DNA of 64,000 nucleotides from Thalia democratica. Lineage: Eukaryota. The notes below the pieces were generated by a model. It saw nothing but the letters and a program-made list of their open reading frames with translations, was not told where the DNA came from and did not search any database. The translations under genes were made by a program, and so were the position numbers. How positions within the stretch are numbered: position 1 is the first letter of the stretch; every line of letters begins with the position of its first letter. This document shows, one piece after another, positions 62,433 to 64,000 of this stretch. The stretch spans positions 22,568,001 to 22,632,000 of the forward strand of contig OZ241829.1 of the NCBI GenBank assembly GCA_965202585.1. Direction: 5' to 3'.

Positions 62433-64000
62433 TTTATTAAAACTTTGCTGTAGAAGTAGATTTCATGCTGTAACATGCATTCAAAAATATAAACTTAAGT
62501 ATATTAATTGCTATATATAAAAACTATCATACTTGAGAACAATAGACAAAACATTGTTTTTACACTTGAAAATAATTGACATACTAAAAGAAAGATTTAA
62601 GGTATTAAATATTATAATGTTTTTACTGTTGAGTATATTAATTAGAAGTAAATTTACTTACAGAAATAAAACTTTTACTGGAAAATAAATATTTGTGTTG
62701 TTTGATTAAGTCAAATAGAAAATAGTTTAAACTTATTTAAATTTACTGAACAAAAATTTTTAGAACTTGCTGTGTAAATACATCTTATAAGTGTTAACAA
62801 AGACTTGTGATAGCTTTTAAAATGGAAGGAGCACAAAATTTTAAATTATAATAATGTTCACTAAAATAAAAGATAAGAAAGTTTAGCAAAAAAGCTGATG
62901 ATTTTTATGTTTTATTTAAAAGCACATTAATCAAACAAAGTTTTTATTTAAATACTTTTGAAATAAGCATATTGATGTCAAAATTGTATTTACTGGTTTG
63001 AGCTAAAAATTTTAAGGAAACCAAAAACTGCATTTTGAACACAAAGTTTTTGGCTCAAAAGTGTGTATTCAACATATATTTTAAGAAAGATGTACTGTAG
63101 AAGAAAACTGCATATTAATAAAAAAGACCAAGTTCTAGAAAAAATAAAATTCTGTGTTTTTAGTGTATTTTACATTATGTAATTTTTTTAGTAATGTTGT
63201 TTTATAATTTTGAACTTCTGGTATTGGAAACCATTGTTTTAGTTGGTCATAAACTGTAAAAATTAAAATACTAAACTTTTTAAACTTTCAGACTTTTTAC
63301 ATAATTTTTTTATTTAATTTTTTTTTAAAGGAATTACATTACACACAGTCTGAAGTACTAGAACAAAACAAATATAGGCAAAGTTTACTGAAATAGTGAA
63401 CCTATTAGATCAGAATTTATATGCATATTTTGGTTAAATAAAATTACAAATAACATCTAAAACTTCAAAATCTTTAATACATATTACAAAAAAATTATAA
63501 CGATTTAATACCTTAATTTAAACATATGTATAATTTTAGAATATTGCTATATTGATTTCACAGAGAATGTGAAAAAAAAAATTCTTTAGACTTCTATTTT
63601 ACCTTTTTTCTCAAAAACTAGATTATTCTTGTGGAAACTACGGAGTAAAATACTTAATAACTTCAAGATCAGGGCTATTTATTCAATTCAATGCTTGTTG
63701 TTAATTTTAACTTTAAGACTATTTATTGGTAGTTGTACTGATTGATATTAGATAGTACGAATCCACTTTAAGCAGTATAGTAGTATTAATTTATAATTTG
63801 TTTAGTCATACTGAAATCTAGATTGTTTAAATAAAATTAATTTGACACAGAAAAGCTATGTGCCTATTTTCTTTCATCTACTAATACATAATTGATTTTT
63901 ATGCAGAATATTTTTAGTACAATCAATGCAAAAGTACTTGATTAGCAACTTTAATTTTACTTTTCCTTTACTTTACATTTGATCTGTTCATTTTGGTAGT

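Overview
Very AT-rich, intron-rich animal genomic DNA; the species cannot be identified from the sequence. By-hand spliced reconstruction, with continuous reading frames across GT/GC-AG junctions, gives three genes. (1) The 5' three coding exons of DNAJC11 (- strand, 4373->697; the gene runs off the left edge). (2) A + strand multi-exon gene (about 18.7-29.8 kb) with an intact 484-codon 3' part of unknown family (degenerate LRR-like) and a 5' CARD-like part carrying three in-frame stops. (3) A complete 20-exon, 817-aa chondroitin polymerizing factor (CHPF/CHPF2-like) gene (- strand, 62432->35824), with one probable GC-AG intron. Mobile DNA includes an internally deleted Transib/RAG1-like transposon with a CACAGTG heptamer end and a CCHC-knuckle tail, several MITEs, and a dispersed hairpin repeat. 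The most striking pattern is that exon ends plus their splice sites are echoed as tandem, decaying copies in adjacent introns of all three genes. The extreme case is a roughly 6 kb, 47-bp satellite with higher-order structure that is built from the CHPF exon-18 donor and fills almost the whole intron. No rRNA, tRNA or CRISPR array was seen. Homology calls rest on recalled family motifs; no database search was run.
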